A stretch of 64,000 nucleotides of DNA from Lama glama (taxonomy: Eukaryota): assembly GCA_028534125.1 (NCBI GenBank), contig CM052818.1, positions 11,534,001-11,598,000 of the forward strand, read 5' to 3'. Each line of letters opens with the position of its first letter. Position 1 is the first letter of the stretch. Below, piece by piece: positions 37,245 to 50,507 of the stretch. The notes beneath the pieces were generated by a model. The model was not told the origin of the DNA, did not search any database, and saw only the letters and a list, made by a program, of their open reading frames with translations. The translations under genes were made by a program, and so were the position numbers.

Positions 37245-40019
37245 AGAGTGTGACTTTGATCAGCTTCAATGATCATTGGCAGTCACATGCCTTTGATAGA
37301 TACCAAATTGTGAGTAAGGTTTGATTATCCAATTTTTCAGTCTCTAATTCTACAAGAGTCTACCCCCATTTACCAAAAGGAGTTGAGGGGGAAAAAAAAG
37401 AAACAAACAAACAAAAACCTACAAGATAGCTGTACTTTTGAGACAACAGAGCAAAGTACTTAGTGAATATAAAATCAGTGAGGTAGTGAGTACCTTGAGA
37501 ATGACTTTGGTTCACCCTCTGTGTAATCTGGTGTGTGTGCCCTGCCCAGCCACCAGGAAGGAGAGGCTGTTTCCCTTTTCCTTTCATGGCAGATGTAGGT
37601 GATATTTAAGGTTGTGTGTGCAGGTGTTTTGGGGGTTGATTTGTGTGGGAAGAAGAGAGGTGGTAGCCTGTAGCTTGACAGAAGAGGAGGGAAAAAAAAA
37701 ATCTGAACAATGTGTTGAAAAAGACTACAGTCTGAGCTGCACAGGACCAGCTGTTTTTGCTAATTAGAATAACAAAAATAGCACATGCTAAAATGTTTTT
37801 CTTTTTTTTTCTCAAAAGCAATGAATGCTCTAGGAACTATAAGGAATGAGCTTTAAAATCCATTTAAATGGAGGAACATTTCAGGAACCATATGGGGAAG
37901 GAACTGAAAAGGAGAAGGAGAGAGAAGGGAAATAACATTTGATTTTCAGCTGAATTTTTTTGAAAGATGATAAATTGGGGCTATTTTTCCTTTTCCTTAA
38001 CTTTTAATAGGAAATGTTTTCATCATATCTAGATTTCACAAAAATGCCACTGCTTCTGTATTTTCCAGGAACACAGTATGTAACCAAGGGAGAGCGGGCA
38101 CTAAAAAGAGCTGCATATGCTCTATCATACATATTGCATGTCTCATCTCCTTCCTCACGTTTTCTCTGAAGCAGTAAAGAGTAATTCAAAAACTCTGAAT
38201 ATAGGAATAACATTTGTGACAACGACAACATTCTGGACATCTGCACTGTTAGTGTACTTATAATAAAGTCACATGGCCATGGGGAAATTTCACAGAATTA
38301 CAATCACAGTAATTTGCCAAGGTGTATAACTAGTTTGTTTTCAGCTGTTCTTCTCATGAATAATTATCAAGCAGGAATATCCTAAAGCTAGCGCAAGCTG
38401 TCACTTAACCAAAATACTCAATATTTAACATTCAATTTGGAATTTCATAAGTGAAAATAATTACTGTAAAAGCAAAATAATGTACATGTGTATATTTGCA
38501 TGCCTAAATGCACACAACTACACGTTAAAATTCAGATTCCAAAGCATCCTTATCAAATGAAAGCATGTCTTGAAAGTTGAGGAATAGAAGAGATCTAAAC
38601 ACAAGTAAATCTCAGCCATTTTCAAGTACAGCTTAGTCTTCAGTGTTTGAAGGACTGCCTCTCAAAGCGAAGTGGAAAATGCAAACCAGCCTCTGCATAT
38701 TGATGGTAGCTGATTACAATTGGGTTAGAATCTTTGTTAGAATTTTTAAATGTTTGAAAACAAATGCTATGTATTGAGTAACAAGTTAAGTTTTTAAAAT
38801 TAATACAAGTGTATCACTAAACATTTAAGCGTTAATTTCTGGAGTGAATATCATAGTTCAATCGTTAAGTATTTTCAAAAACCTTTACCCCTCCAGTGAG
38901 AATGTGAGAAGAATGTCATTTCTTATAATGCCCATCACTACATTTCCTATTAACTTTTAATGGGAAATATTTTCATCATGTCTAGATTTCACAAAAATAA
39001 GTAGGTTTATTTGATCACAACCTAGTTTTATTTATTTATATATATATATACATATGTATATCCCTAAAAATTATCTGACTAGAGCAAATGTAGGTTTCAT
39101 TTTTAGATTCAGAAACCTATAAATGTATCATGAGTTTATAAAAGAGGTACTTTCAAGTCGTTGGAACAATTCTAGTGTATATTAAGGATTTTTGTTTTAC
39201 TGTTTACTTTCCCATTAGTAGAAAACTTCTCTGTAATACAGCTTAAATATTTTTTTCCACTGGAATAAAACATAAATGATACTGAGGAAGAAACTCAAAC
39301 ATGAAAAGCAAATCTTTCTAACTGAATTGTGGGTAATAGGCAGAAAGTCCTTTGGGGGATAAATAATATTTTCACTTGGATAACACCATTTGGTTCTCTG
39401 AATAGATTATTAGTTTCCCTGAAACTTTAGGGAAATAATTCTACTTTGTCTCTCTTATGATTTATTTTAATCACACCTATATGAAACAGATGAAAGAAAT
39501 ATATTCTTTGGAACCAGGACTCATTGCAAATACAACAAAGGTACAAAATGGCTTCCATTAACTTGTAAATTATCAGGAGTTTTCAGACAGTTTCAAGACT
39601 TTTCTTGAGCATGAAAGTAGATAATTCTAGTAAAAAGAGTGTCTATTTGGAAATCAAAAATAGGATTAGTTACTCAACTAGACCCAACAGGAATTCTCCA
39701 AGATTTATGCCAAATCCAATTTATGCCTTAGTTTTCCCATTACTGGAAATGTGACCATTTGGCACAATAAGAAAGATACTAGCACGATTGCAAAAAGAGT
39801 GTGTTAAAATAAGTAGGTTTATTTGATCACAACCAAAACACATGAGTGATAACCTAAAGCAGGCAAAAAGCTGATCAGCACGTGCTAAAAACAGAAATGG
39901 TTTACTCACACACACAGTGACTGTAACCACTGCATCACACATGTATCTGTGTATGATTGGCAGATCAGAAGAACCAGTCTTCAGAGTATGCACTCCTTCC
40001 TCGTTCCCTCTCTTTCCAC

Positions 40020-40470
40020 TTCAGCCATTTCCCCTCCACCCCTGCTGCTGCTGTCTGACTTCATTCTCCCATCTTTACTTGCCTATAGCTGATTTTAATT
40101 GCTCTAGTATCAATTTTCCTGCTATCCACCTTTCTGCATTTCAATCCACCATCCACACAGATGGGGGTCTCACAAACCTCTTCAGCTTGGTCACCTGCTC
40201 CCTATCACCACTTTCTGCTTTCTCTTTTGCCTAGGATGCCCTGACCTCTCTACCCAGCCTCTGTTTATACCTCAAGATTCACTTCTCTGGATCCATCTTC
40301 TCTGAATAGCCTTTCCTGTTTCCCAAGGTGAAACATAGTTTTGACTCTGTTCTATCACCTTTCCACCTAACTCTGTTATAGTCCCAGTCAAAATACTCTG
40401 GAGCAAAAGCCATTTCTTATTCTACTAGCTATTGGGCATATTTTTTTAAATGCACATAGTAGGTGTTGAA
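40020..40470 (+). mobile_element. L2 fragment
   Basis: caatccaccatccacacag, ttgcctaggatgccct, gcacatagtaggtg. Confidence 0.6.
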
Positions 40471-40574
40471 TTTAATCCCCAAGAAAACTGGCCCCAGGGT
40501 TTGTTGGAATGAGTAAGTGAAAGTACTCCCAACAAATGCACTCATTATTTATCACCATTAGATGGAGATAATGG

Positions 40575-43500
40575 AGGACTTCCGCTATAAAATGGCATCT
40601 GGCCACCATCCCCTGGCACTGCCTCTCCCAATCGTCAATAACATACATGTGAAAATGAAAAACTCTAACACAGAAAACTAAGACTGACAGGAAACCCAGT
40701 GCCAGAAATCTGGGAAAAATTTAGAGTGATTATAAGGCTGCTGCATTAAGAGTGAGAAGACAGTCGGCAGCCTATCCAAGCATCACCTCATAAAACGGAA
40801 GAGTCTACCTCCTTGAAAGAGCAGTAGGCAACTTTTTTTCTGCTCCCATTGTCTGTTGGACAGCTCAGCTCAGAGATTTGGATCCCTTAATAAACAGAAA
40901 ACTGAGCAGCCATTCTGTTCAAAACAGGTGCTGATTTTCAGGCAGACAGAATATTATATGCCTTTCCTGTCCACTCATATTTCTATGCTCTTCAGATAGG
41001 AAAACCGCTCAGAAAGTAACAACTGAGGAAAAATGGGAGGATAATTACAGCACATTGTATCCTGGGAGATATTTTACCCACAGATGAAGTGTGGTAGGAA
41101 GAACTGGAAGAGTACTGCCCTCAATGAATCCTGAAAGTTACAGTTTCAATTAATGCCCTTATTTTTGGTGGGTGGTGGGGGTGGTAGAAGATGCCACCCC
41201 AGTAGAGCAAGACCACACTATGTGAACGCTCACTGGCATTGGAAATTAGGAAGGAGAATGAACATGTTAAGTGATCCAGTAGTAAGTGGAGAAAGGTGCA
41301 GGGAGGGAACATGAAAAGCAATGAATCTGAAAAAAAAAAGTTCTCATTTAAGTGAATGTAAGAGAAATAAAACAACAAGGGACTTGTGGTTAAATACAGT
41401 AAAACAAGCAAAGAAAACATCACTCAGAAGTTTTAGCTGTTTCTTGCTCTTATAAAAATCAGGAAAAAAATTTGGAAAATTGTTTGCCATCTTCAATATA
41501 CCATAAAAAGAAAGAACAATTTGAGATAAAAGGAAAGTAGGTTGGGATGAAAAGACTACTAAAACTTGAATTAAAATTTAAAACCGCATATAGAAGAAAG
41601 TTGGGATATAAAACTTAGGGATGAGCTCTGAAATAATTGAACGTAAGTGTTGGCCCATGGCTGTTACAAACATATTTTCAAATCTGAATGCAAATATCAA
41701 AAACAATTCTTAGGAAAGAATAGATCTGAAGTAAAAATAATTTAATAATATCAATCTGAATCTAACACTCATTTTGATAGGAACAAGCAGGGACTGGGGA
41801 ATGGAGAAGGGAAGATAAAAGCATTCCTTGTGGATAAACAAAAGATACTGTTTCCTTCTAGACTAATATTCAGAAAAATAGAAGCTGGATATTTTGGAAA
41901 ATGAGCAGAATAAGTATTAAAACATCTGCTTTCCTAATCACCTGAGAAGATGAAAGCATAGTTCATTAAAACAATAGCAACCAAAACAAAGGTAACAAAA
42001 ATTATAGAAATCCAAAAATTGAAGGATATAAAAGAAAACATAAAAAGAAGATAATCGTTAAAAAAGAGAGAAGAACAAATTTATCAGTTCTCAAAAAAGC
42101 TGGAAATAACTAGAAAACAACCAGATTGAGTCAAAAGACACACTCTGCGTGCTGCTACTGTGATATCTCTAATTTGGAAGTGCAGGTAAATGTTAAAAAT
42201 AAAAGAATGAGTAGAGATTTCTCAAGCAAATACAAATTAAATGAAAGTAGAGGTGGCAATGTTAACTTTGGACAATGCAGGTTTTAAGGTAGAAAGCATA
42301 AAATGGGATAAAAGACAACTGTTTTATATTGATGAAAGTTATGATAAAAATATAGCAGCCATGAATCTTTATGTATCAAATAATAAAACATTCAAATACA
42401 TTAAGGTAAAACTGGCAGATGAACATAAAACGAAAAATGGAAAGAAACAAAGTTGTCATAATAGATTTCAGCACATCTTGGGAGATCACGAAGAATTTGA
42501 GGACATGGAGAATTGGGCTATTATAATTAAAATAAAAGTAACAGGGAGAATTAGTATAGTTAGTAATGAGATATGTATTGAGTGTCTACCCTTTTAAAAA
42601 GAGAGTTTGCCTTTGAAGAATCCCTGTATCGTACATTTAAAAATTGATAAGATTCTAACTCATGGGGGAGGGGTGGAAGCTCAAAAAACTATTAGAAGCA
42701 GAAATAATACAGAAAAGTGTGAGTAAGAGTGTGTGTGTATATATATATATTTTCATATATATACATACATACACATACATACCTACACACATATATATCC
42801 TAAAATATAAGAATATTTCTGCATTTCATGATGTCTAGATCTTGCTTTAAAATACTGCAGGAAAAAAAGTTGGGGCCACAGGTAAAACAAGTATGGCAAA
42901 ATGTTGATAACTGTTGAAGCCTGGTGATATATATATAGAGGTTGATTAAATGATGCTATTTACATTGTATATGTGTGAAACATCACATAATATAAATACT
43001 TCTAAAAGTACCACATATTATAACTATAGATTGCTGAAAACTAGAGGCAAATTCATACTCCTAAATGCTATCAACAAAAAGACCTAAAAAAATCAGAAAA
43101 AAAGAAAATATTAAAGATAAACTAGAAATTAGTAAAAATGTTTAAAAAGCCAAAAATCTACCAAAATTAATAAGTAATTATAAGAAGTAGTTTTTATAAA
43201 GGAAACATTCAACAAACTCAATCAAGAAAGAAGAGGCTAGTATCCAAAACTTAAATAAGTAAAGATAATAATGGGGAAGAGAATTTAACATTAAAAAGAA
43301 AACTACCAAGGAGAGAGGCTAAAAGAGAAATCAACCCTGCAGGCACCTTGATCTTGAACTTCTAGCATCCAGAATTGTGGGAAAATAAATTTTCTTGTTT
43401 AAGCGAAAAAAAAAAAAAAGAAGAAAGAAAGAAAGAAACTATAAACACATTAACAATTAATTAATAAAGAAAAAGGAAACCATAATAATCTAGAGGAAAA

Positions 43501-43640
43501 TCTAGATGAATATTTAACATTGCATGGTAGACTAGTGCCCTTTAAGCATTAAAACAATGGAAGGAATTAAAATAAAAATCTTGATGGATATATTTAATGA
43601 TAAAATTTTTATCTATTCATGAAAATGATCAAAAACAAAA
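40575..43640 (+). mobile_element. Fragmented ancient L1 sequence (5' end, ORF1/ORF2 remnants, nested L1 3' end at about 42800-43005)
   Basis: ggacttccgctataaaatggc is a 5'-end-like motif. ORF 42241-42597 (KVEVAMLTLDNAGFKVESIKWDK...MNLYVSNNKTFKYIK) resembles the L1 endonuclease. tggcaaaatgttgataactgttgaagc is a 3'UTR motif. Confidence 0.7.
43306..43419 (+). mobile_element. Poly(A)-tailed 3' fragment of an MLT1 (A/B/C-like) LTR
   Basis: ccaaggagagaggct...aaccctgcaggcaccttgatcttgaacttctagcatccagaattgtgggaaAATAAAttttcttgtttaagcg followed by A14. Confidence 0.85.
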
Positions 43641-43659
43641 TTAAAATTTAGATGACAAA

Positions 43660-44150
43660 CATGAGAGCTTGAATTAGGACAGTGATAATAAGAATGAAGA
43701 GGAAAAAGACTCAAGAAACACATTAAAAAAGCTAAAAATGGGGAAAACAGTTTAAGGATGGGGTGACACTGACATCACAACTAAGACAGGGAACAAAGGA
43801 ATAGAGAGAAGACGACAAGTTTAAATTCAGACTAGTCGATTTTAAGACTTATCTAAACATCCAGTTGGTAAGCCACTGGATTTATAATTCTGAGCCCAGG
43901 GAAGAATTCCAGAGCTAGTGAGCTAGTGTGAGGACATCAGCACAGGCATAAGAACTGTAAGCATGAAAGTCTGTAAAAGCATCCAGCGAGACAGGGTAGA
44001 ACAGTAGAGGGTGGAAGTTTAAAACTGGACAACACTATTTTTGAATGTCACAACTATAGAAGTGAAGTCCATGAAGAAAAGCAAGGACGAGAGCTCAAAA
44101 AGAGCAAGGAGAAAACAATATTGTAGAAGTCAGGGAGTTAAAGAGCAAAT
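43660..44150 (-). mobile_element. L2 fragment
   Basis: acaagtttaaattcagac ... aaacatccagttgg ... gaagtcagggag. Confidence 0.55.
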
Positions 44151-45134
44151 GAAAGGTCAGGAAGCTGACTGGGAAGAGACTGACATCCGATGGTCCCAGG
44201 TGATGGGGCTTCACTTGATGTCAGATCCAATACAACTTGGAGTTGGCTGCCCAGCATACATTGACTCCAGGCCTGGCCCAGGGCCAGACATGAAAGATAG
44301 CCTTGTACTAGCCAATGGAATCAGAATCCTGGGATGCCAGAAATCCCGTTGTTTTGGATTAACAACAGTTACTGTCGTGACCCAGTGACTTCATACTGCC
44401 CTAGTACAAATTTCTGGACTTGCTACCCACCATCTGATCTGGTTGAGGGCTGGTTAAGCATGGCACGGGCTCATCTGTGAGATAACACTATGATGGGCTG
44501 CAAGTTGCATAGGTGTCCAATGAAATAACAATGTCATCTACTGACAACGGTGGGACAGAGGGACCATCCCATACACCCAAAGGACTGTGTTCTCTCCAGT
44601 CAGAAACCTATTGTCCTTTACCCAAGTAACTTTCCAAAGGGAGCAGTTCTCTGAACCAAGTTAGGGTCAGTCAAAGGACTAGGAACTATAGTGAATAGTT
44701 CAAGATATTGTTCAGCAATAGGCAGGAGTTGACAGAGTAAAACAGGGCATGCCCAGCAGTTAGAAATAAGGACCATGCCAAATAAATCAATTCGTGAGTT
44801 TCAAGCTCACTGCTTAATGAGGTAGAGAGGCAGTTCAATAAATTCCAATAGCCAAAATTCATGGATGAAGTGATAGTTCATAGTTACGCTCAATAAAATG
44901 GATGTAATAGTGGTCACTTTAACAATCACCTTTCTACGACAAGGACTACTCTTATTGCGCTATCTATGTGTAATAATAATTACCATTATAATAATAGCAA
45001 TTAATCATACTGATAACCAAAATATATTGAGGATTTACTGTGTCTGGAGCATCACTCTAACCAGTAAAGTGAGGAGCCAGAATTGAAAACAGGAGGTCAG
45101 GCTCAAGAGCCAACATGTTTGCCCAAGGTTCTAT

Positions 45135-45350
45135 GCCTCATAGTGGCCATACTAAAGAGAATGAGGCTTTGACTGCAGATAAACAGTTTAAATCTGGCCA
45201 CATACAAACTGCAAGGCCCTGGGCAATTTCTCTCCAAATGCCTCTGAGCCTTTGTTTAACATGCAAACTGGAGAGAATACCTGCCTTCAAGGGGGTGTTG
45301 AGAACTGGGTGAGAGCAAAGCACTTAACAGATAGATAGTAAACCCTCCAC
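45135..45350 (+). mobile_element. MIR SINE
   Basis: gccctgggcaatt ... cctctgagcctttgtttaacatgcaaactggag ... aaagcacttaaca. Confidence 0.6.
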
Positions 45351-45367
45351 AAGGGTAACTGGGGAGT

Positions 45368-45424
45368 GATGATGATGAAGAGGAGGAAGCGGAGGAGAAG
45401 GAAGAAGAGGAAGTGGAGGAGGAG
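45368..45424. repeat. (GAT)n/(GAG/GAA)n simple repeat
   Basis: gatgatgatgaagaggaggaagcggaggagaaggaagaagaggaag. Confidence 0.75.
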
Positions 45425-45472
45425 AATTAGCATACTCATCACCATTATGATTATTTGGTTTTTGGTTGGGGC

Positions 45473-45959
45473 TGTATTTGTTTTATAATGCTTTTGTGAC
45501 AAATTACCACAAACCGAGTAGCTGAAAACAAAATGCCATTTGAAAATTCTGTAGGTCAGAAGTCGGAAGCAAATCTCACTGGGCTAAAACTGAGGTGCCC
45601 AGAGAGCTACATCCCTTTCTGGAGAGCTTCTAGGGGAGAATCTGTTTTCTTGCCCTTCCCAGCTTCTACAGGCGGCCCACAATCCTTGGCGTGTGACCCT
45701 CTTCCATCCTCAAAACCAGCGATGGTAAGATGGGTCCTTCTCATAGTGTTGTCAATCTCCTCTTCCACTTTTAAGGACCCCTGTAATTACACTGCGCCCA
45801 CCCAGATAATCCAGAACAATCTCCCTATTTTCAGATCAATTGACTCACAACTTTAATTACACCTTCTACTTCAAGTCCCACTTGCCATATAACCTAATAC
45901 ATTCACATGTTCTAAATCAAACACGAACATCTTTGGGACTCATTACTCTGCCTACCACA
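45473..45959 (-). mobile_element. Solo MaLR LTR (MLT1D-like)
   Basis: tgtatttg..acaaattaccacaaac ... cttctaggggagaatctgttttcttgcc ... cccagataatccagaacaatctccc ... ctgcctaccaca, with TG...CA ends. Confidence 0.9.
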
Positions 45960-47961
45960 GGAACATTTTCTAGAAAGGTATTCTTTAGCTTATTGGAGCC
46001 CATACAGGGCCATACCAAGTTAACTGACCCCATACTAATACCATATTTGATGTGTATAAAAGATGGGGAATTCTACCACCACTTTCACGTCTCTGTGTAT
46101 TTATTTTTCAAATAAATCTGCACATGGAAGGTGACAGTTGTCCTACAGACTGGTGCTGTTGGAAAGCTGAACTGCTAAAAAGGGAGTATGAATTTTTCCA
46201 CTGCTTATTTTTGGCAAGTAAAGATAATAAAAATATTTTACTCTGTGATATTTGCAAACCAAAGCACACCTGAGAATAGAAAGATTATCAGTTCAGTTAA
46301 GGGACATCAACACATATACATTTCATTGTATATTCTTTTCAAAAAAACACATTTTTTCTGTATAATCTGAATCCATAACACCAGTTTATTCATATAACTT
46401 TCTTAATCAAAAATTACCCATGGCTTTCAGTACATTCGGAAAAGAAGTTAGACATTCTTAGCTCATTGCTTAATGTCCTCAATAGTCTTACCCTTTTTTA
46501 AGCACTCCCTCATCTCTAAGCAAATTTCTAATCACTCTGTCCCAGAAAGAAATAGCCTTAGGCTATACCATTTCTGCCTAAAATGCCCCACCCCCACCCA
46601 ATTATCTAAATTCTTTTTCCTCAAGACTATTTAAAAATAATTCTATCTATGATGCTTTTCCTTATAAATCTATCCTCCTAGTGCTTTGTGGTCTTCTAAA
46701 ATTTCAACAAGAATTGCTGGTACTCTCCTTTGTCATTCGTAATGGATGAATGTCTATGGACAAGGTCTTGCTGAGCACATACACACACTTTCAAAACCTT
46801 TGAAATGACTGGCTAATTGGTTCGTTTAACTTTGGAATTTGGAATATCCCACAATATTGTTTCTGCGAAATTTTCTAAACCAGTTCTGATATTTGAGGTT
46901 TTTCTCAACACATACTCTGAAAGTGTATTTCTGAAAAGTACTATGCAGTTTCATAGACCCAAATGAACATTTAAAATAGGATAAATTACAATAAAATAGT
47001 GCAGTACTTTCCTGCCACCAGATCGCAGGGATACTATTATACTAATAAATAAAAATGGATATGATAAACTGTTTTCAATTATGCACTATTTGAAACTATA
47101 TTAAGTATTCTAATAAGAGGAGAAAATGGCAATATAAAAATGCTTATGGAGAAATGCAACAGAATAAACATTTAATGAAAGGTTCAGAGGGGAGAAATGT
47201 ATTCTCTTCTATTCTTTTTCTGAGAAACAAAGCTTCTCAATGTAAGAAGCCGATTCAAATGCACAATAGGAGGTATAAAGTGCACAGGACAGAGAAAGTC
47301 AACCTCTGAGCAGGTAGAGGCTCCTAGACAAGTCATGCAACCTCTCTGTGCCTCAGTTTACACACCTATAAAATAGGGAATATTGGACTACATGGTTTCC
47401 AAGATTGATTCATACTAAAAATTTGAGGCTAATTCGATATAATGAACTATCATCTAGGCAAATGCAATAGTTCATAATTCATTTCAAGTAATCTTTGTCT
47501 TTTGAACAAAACATCATTTTAATATACATAAACATTATTCAGAGTTGAAACATTATCTTTAAGTTCATTAAAATTAAATCATAATAAAACATTACTTTTC
47601 ACCTAAAGGAAGAAAATATAGCAACTGTTCTTAAAAATGCAACACAATCTTAATTTTGAACTATATGTTCTGAGTTTACTTTATCATATTAAATATCATT
47701 GAAATGCTCCATTTTAACCTTTATGTGGCTATTGTATACTGCTGAATAGACCTCTGCTTTCAGAAAACAATACACTTCCACATCATTTTCCCCATGTGAG
47801 CTTTCTATTTGTGACATAGTTACTGAATTAAAACACTTGATTATAAGCGTGAGCATTTTAACTGTTTTCCCCATTTATTCAAATAGGTTTATCAACCACA
47901 TATTATTTGAAAGATTTGTCAACCACATATTACACACATACTAAGGAATCTTATTTTTGTA

Positions 47962-47974
47962 CCACAAGGTGGCA
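47962..47974 (+). promoter_or_regulatory. Candidate CTCF core motif
   Basis: CCACAAGGTGGCA matches CCASYAGRKGGCR except at one position. Confidence 0.4.
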
Positions 47975-48464
47975 TCTTCTTATTTTGGTATAAACGTCTG
48001 AATATTAACATAATTTGAATAATTCCATACACCTGAACTATTTTATAAAAATTTAAGACAATCGTTTAGCAGCTGTGCAAATATATGGCCATTCTGTTAG
48101 TTAATGCAAGTAGTACTTGTGGATATTTATGTTCCTGGAATATTCAGAATATTGAATCGTTAACAGAATGATGAGCTGTTCACACTAAAAAGTCAATAAA
48201 CATTGTCCTCTAAATGTTAAGCTCATAGAGACTGGTAACACAAAGCATACACTGTAAAGTAAATGCATTTAAGTGGAAGCTCCTTTAGAAATAGCCACAA
48301 ATGTGGAACCAAGAACATTTTTTACTAATTATTCTTAATACCCAGGTTAAATAGGTAACACATACTTAGCAATAACTGCATGGTAGCTGCCACTATGATA
48401 GTCTCTTTTACATATCTTTTCACAAAATTTCATGACAAATTTCCCAAAATATACTAATTCTAGT

Positions 48465-48625
48465 AGTCTACTGCTTCTGAAATTTTCAGTGGCTATATAA
48501 ATCATCTGGGGTGCTTGATAAAATGTAAAATCCTAAGCCCCATCTCCTAGAAACTTCAAGTTATCAGACTGTGCAGTACACAATGCAAACCTACAAATAT
48601 TAGTAAGTAATTCCACCACATTAAA
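48465..48625. mobile_element. MER5-like hAT-Charlie DNA transposon remnant
   Basis: aatcatctggggtgcttgataaaatgtaaaatcctaagccccatc. Confidence 0.55.
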
Positions 48626-49544
48626 AATATACTGTAAGGTAACTCTGAAAAAGTAATCTCAGAAAAGAGAGACTACTAATCTAAAATAAATTCATGAATA
48701 TATGAAATACATTGGTAAAATACTAAGACTGCTTCTGGAAATTATGAAAATCATGACTGTTAATATGGCTTGTAATTTCCTATCACTATTTCTTGTCCCA
48801 CATTTAGTGATGAAAAATTGAAGATGAGAGTGTTAAGTTTTTAAGATGGAGAAAAAAGAATACCTGGGATAAGGTTTATCTCAGTTACAACAGTGTGTTG
48901 TAGACAGGTTGTCCAATAACTAACAATTTTGTAAAGAATAAATGGAAGACAGTTCCTATGGGGACACATACACATACACACACACACAGCGATAATTACA
49001 TTAGGGCTACAGAAAGCACTGTGCTAGTGTATGCTGTCACAGACTTTCTGCCTCACGTTATTCGCTGATTACAATATTTGGTCATTGGCAGCCTCTTGCC
49101 CCTGGACATATTCTGCCCTGGTACATACCCCTGCAGTTTAAACACATAGTCTAATACTCCATGAGATAGTGGGATCATTGACTAAAGATACAGGCATTAT
49201 TTGTCAAAAAAAAAAATTCCAAGTCTGTGAAAACCTTGTGGCTAATAAGATCATAGAGCCACACTGGAAATGGTTCCCAGAAGTATAACTGTCATCCCAC
49301 AGGCATGCTCCTTGCCTGCTCCTGTACACACACATTCACACACATGAAGCCTCAGGCAATTGCTATTACATTTAACTCTGCTTTTGACAAAAGGTCAAGT
49401 AATGCTGCAGAACCACCATGATCTATATTGGATCTACCAGATGTAAAGTGTGTAAGTTGTTCCTTCTCAGCCTTTTCAGTAATAAACATCTGTCATGTTT
49501 AGAAGGAGATAAAAACAGTCACATTTTAAACAGTATCACAAACT

Positions 49545-50505
49545 GAAAAATAATCCCTGCCTCACACCATACATCAAATTGAATTCTAGGGCTTAAAAAA
49601 GAAGGAGAAAAGAAACTAACAGCACAGTAGGCATATAATCCTAGGGTAGAAATACATGAAAACAAAAGCATGACATAACAAAAAATACTAGTGGATTTGG
49701 CTACTCAAAAACAAAAACTTCAGTATATTAAAAAATTATATCCAAAATTGAAAGGCAAATAATAAATTAGGGGAAATATTTACAAAATATATGATTTAAA
49801 AGTAGGTATATATAGTTTTTCATAAAAAGAAAGTGACAAGCATCTTAGTGGAAATTAGGCAAAGTAGATGATTCACAAAGAATTACAAATTTTAATAAAC
49901 TTAAGAAACTTACTCAACACTACTGGAAATCAAAGAAATTTAAATTGCAGAACAATTAAATATCTTTTTTTTATCTTTGAGATTGAAGTATATTTTATTC
50001 TTACACCTAATACTGAAAATGGCAAGGGAAAAAGGCCTCTGAAATATTGCCATTGGGAATGTAAACTGGTATAACATTCCTGCAAGGCAATTTAGCAATG
50101 CATGCAAAAAGTTTTAAAATGTGCATATTTTGAACTAGAAAATGCTTGTGTAGTAATATATTCAAAGGAAAAGTTTGAAAAAATATAACGTCCTTCTAAA
50201 ATGGAAAACCTAAGGGTCCAACAAGTCCTTTAATTGGTTATACTGCAGCTATTACATATGAGTTGCAGAATAAATCATTTTAATGCAGTAAGAAGGTGTT
50301 TATACTCTTAAGAGAATAAAGAGTTATGAAATAAAATGAATACCATATTCTCAACTTTGGAAGAAGAAAATATGTATAAAAGAGTGAGCAAGACTCAAGA
50401 TATACATTGAAATATTAGCAGAAATCCTTTACAGGGGATTTTTTTTAAATATCATATCAAGTGCTTTCTTAATATCATTTTCAGTTTTTTAAAATTTCTT
50501 TAATA
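49545..50505 (+). mobile_element. Ancient L1 (L1ME-like) ORF2 C-terminus and 3'UTR
   Basis: cctcacaccatacatcaaa; attgccattgggaatgtaaactggtataac..ggcaatttagcaat. Confidence 0.75.
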
Positions 50506-50507
50506 AG

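Noticed and set aside
44150..44640. GC-richer segment between L2 pieces, possibly an old LTR; includes ORF 44041-44388
   Set aside because: I could not assign a family or termini, and the ORF has no recognisable similarity.
47892..47932. Short direct duplication tcaaccacatatta x2 (similar small tandem copies near 43910, 51142 and 63380)
   Set aside because: Ordinary slippage-type micro-duplications.
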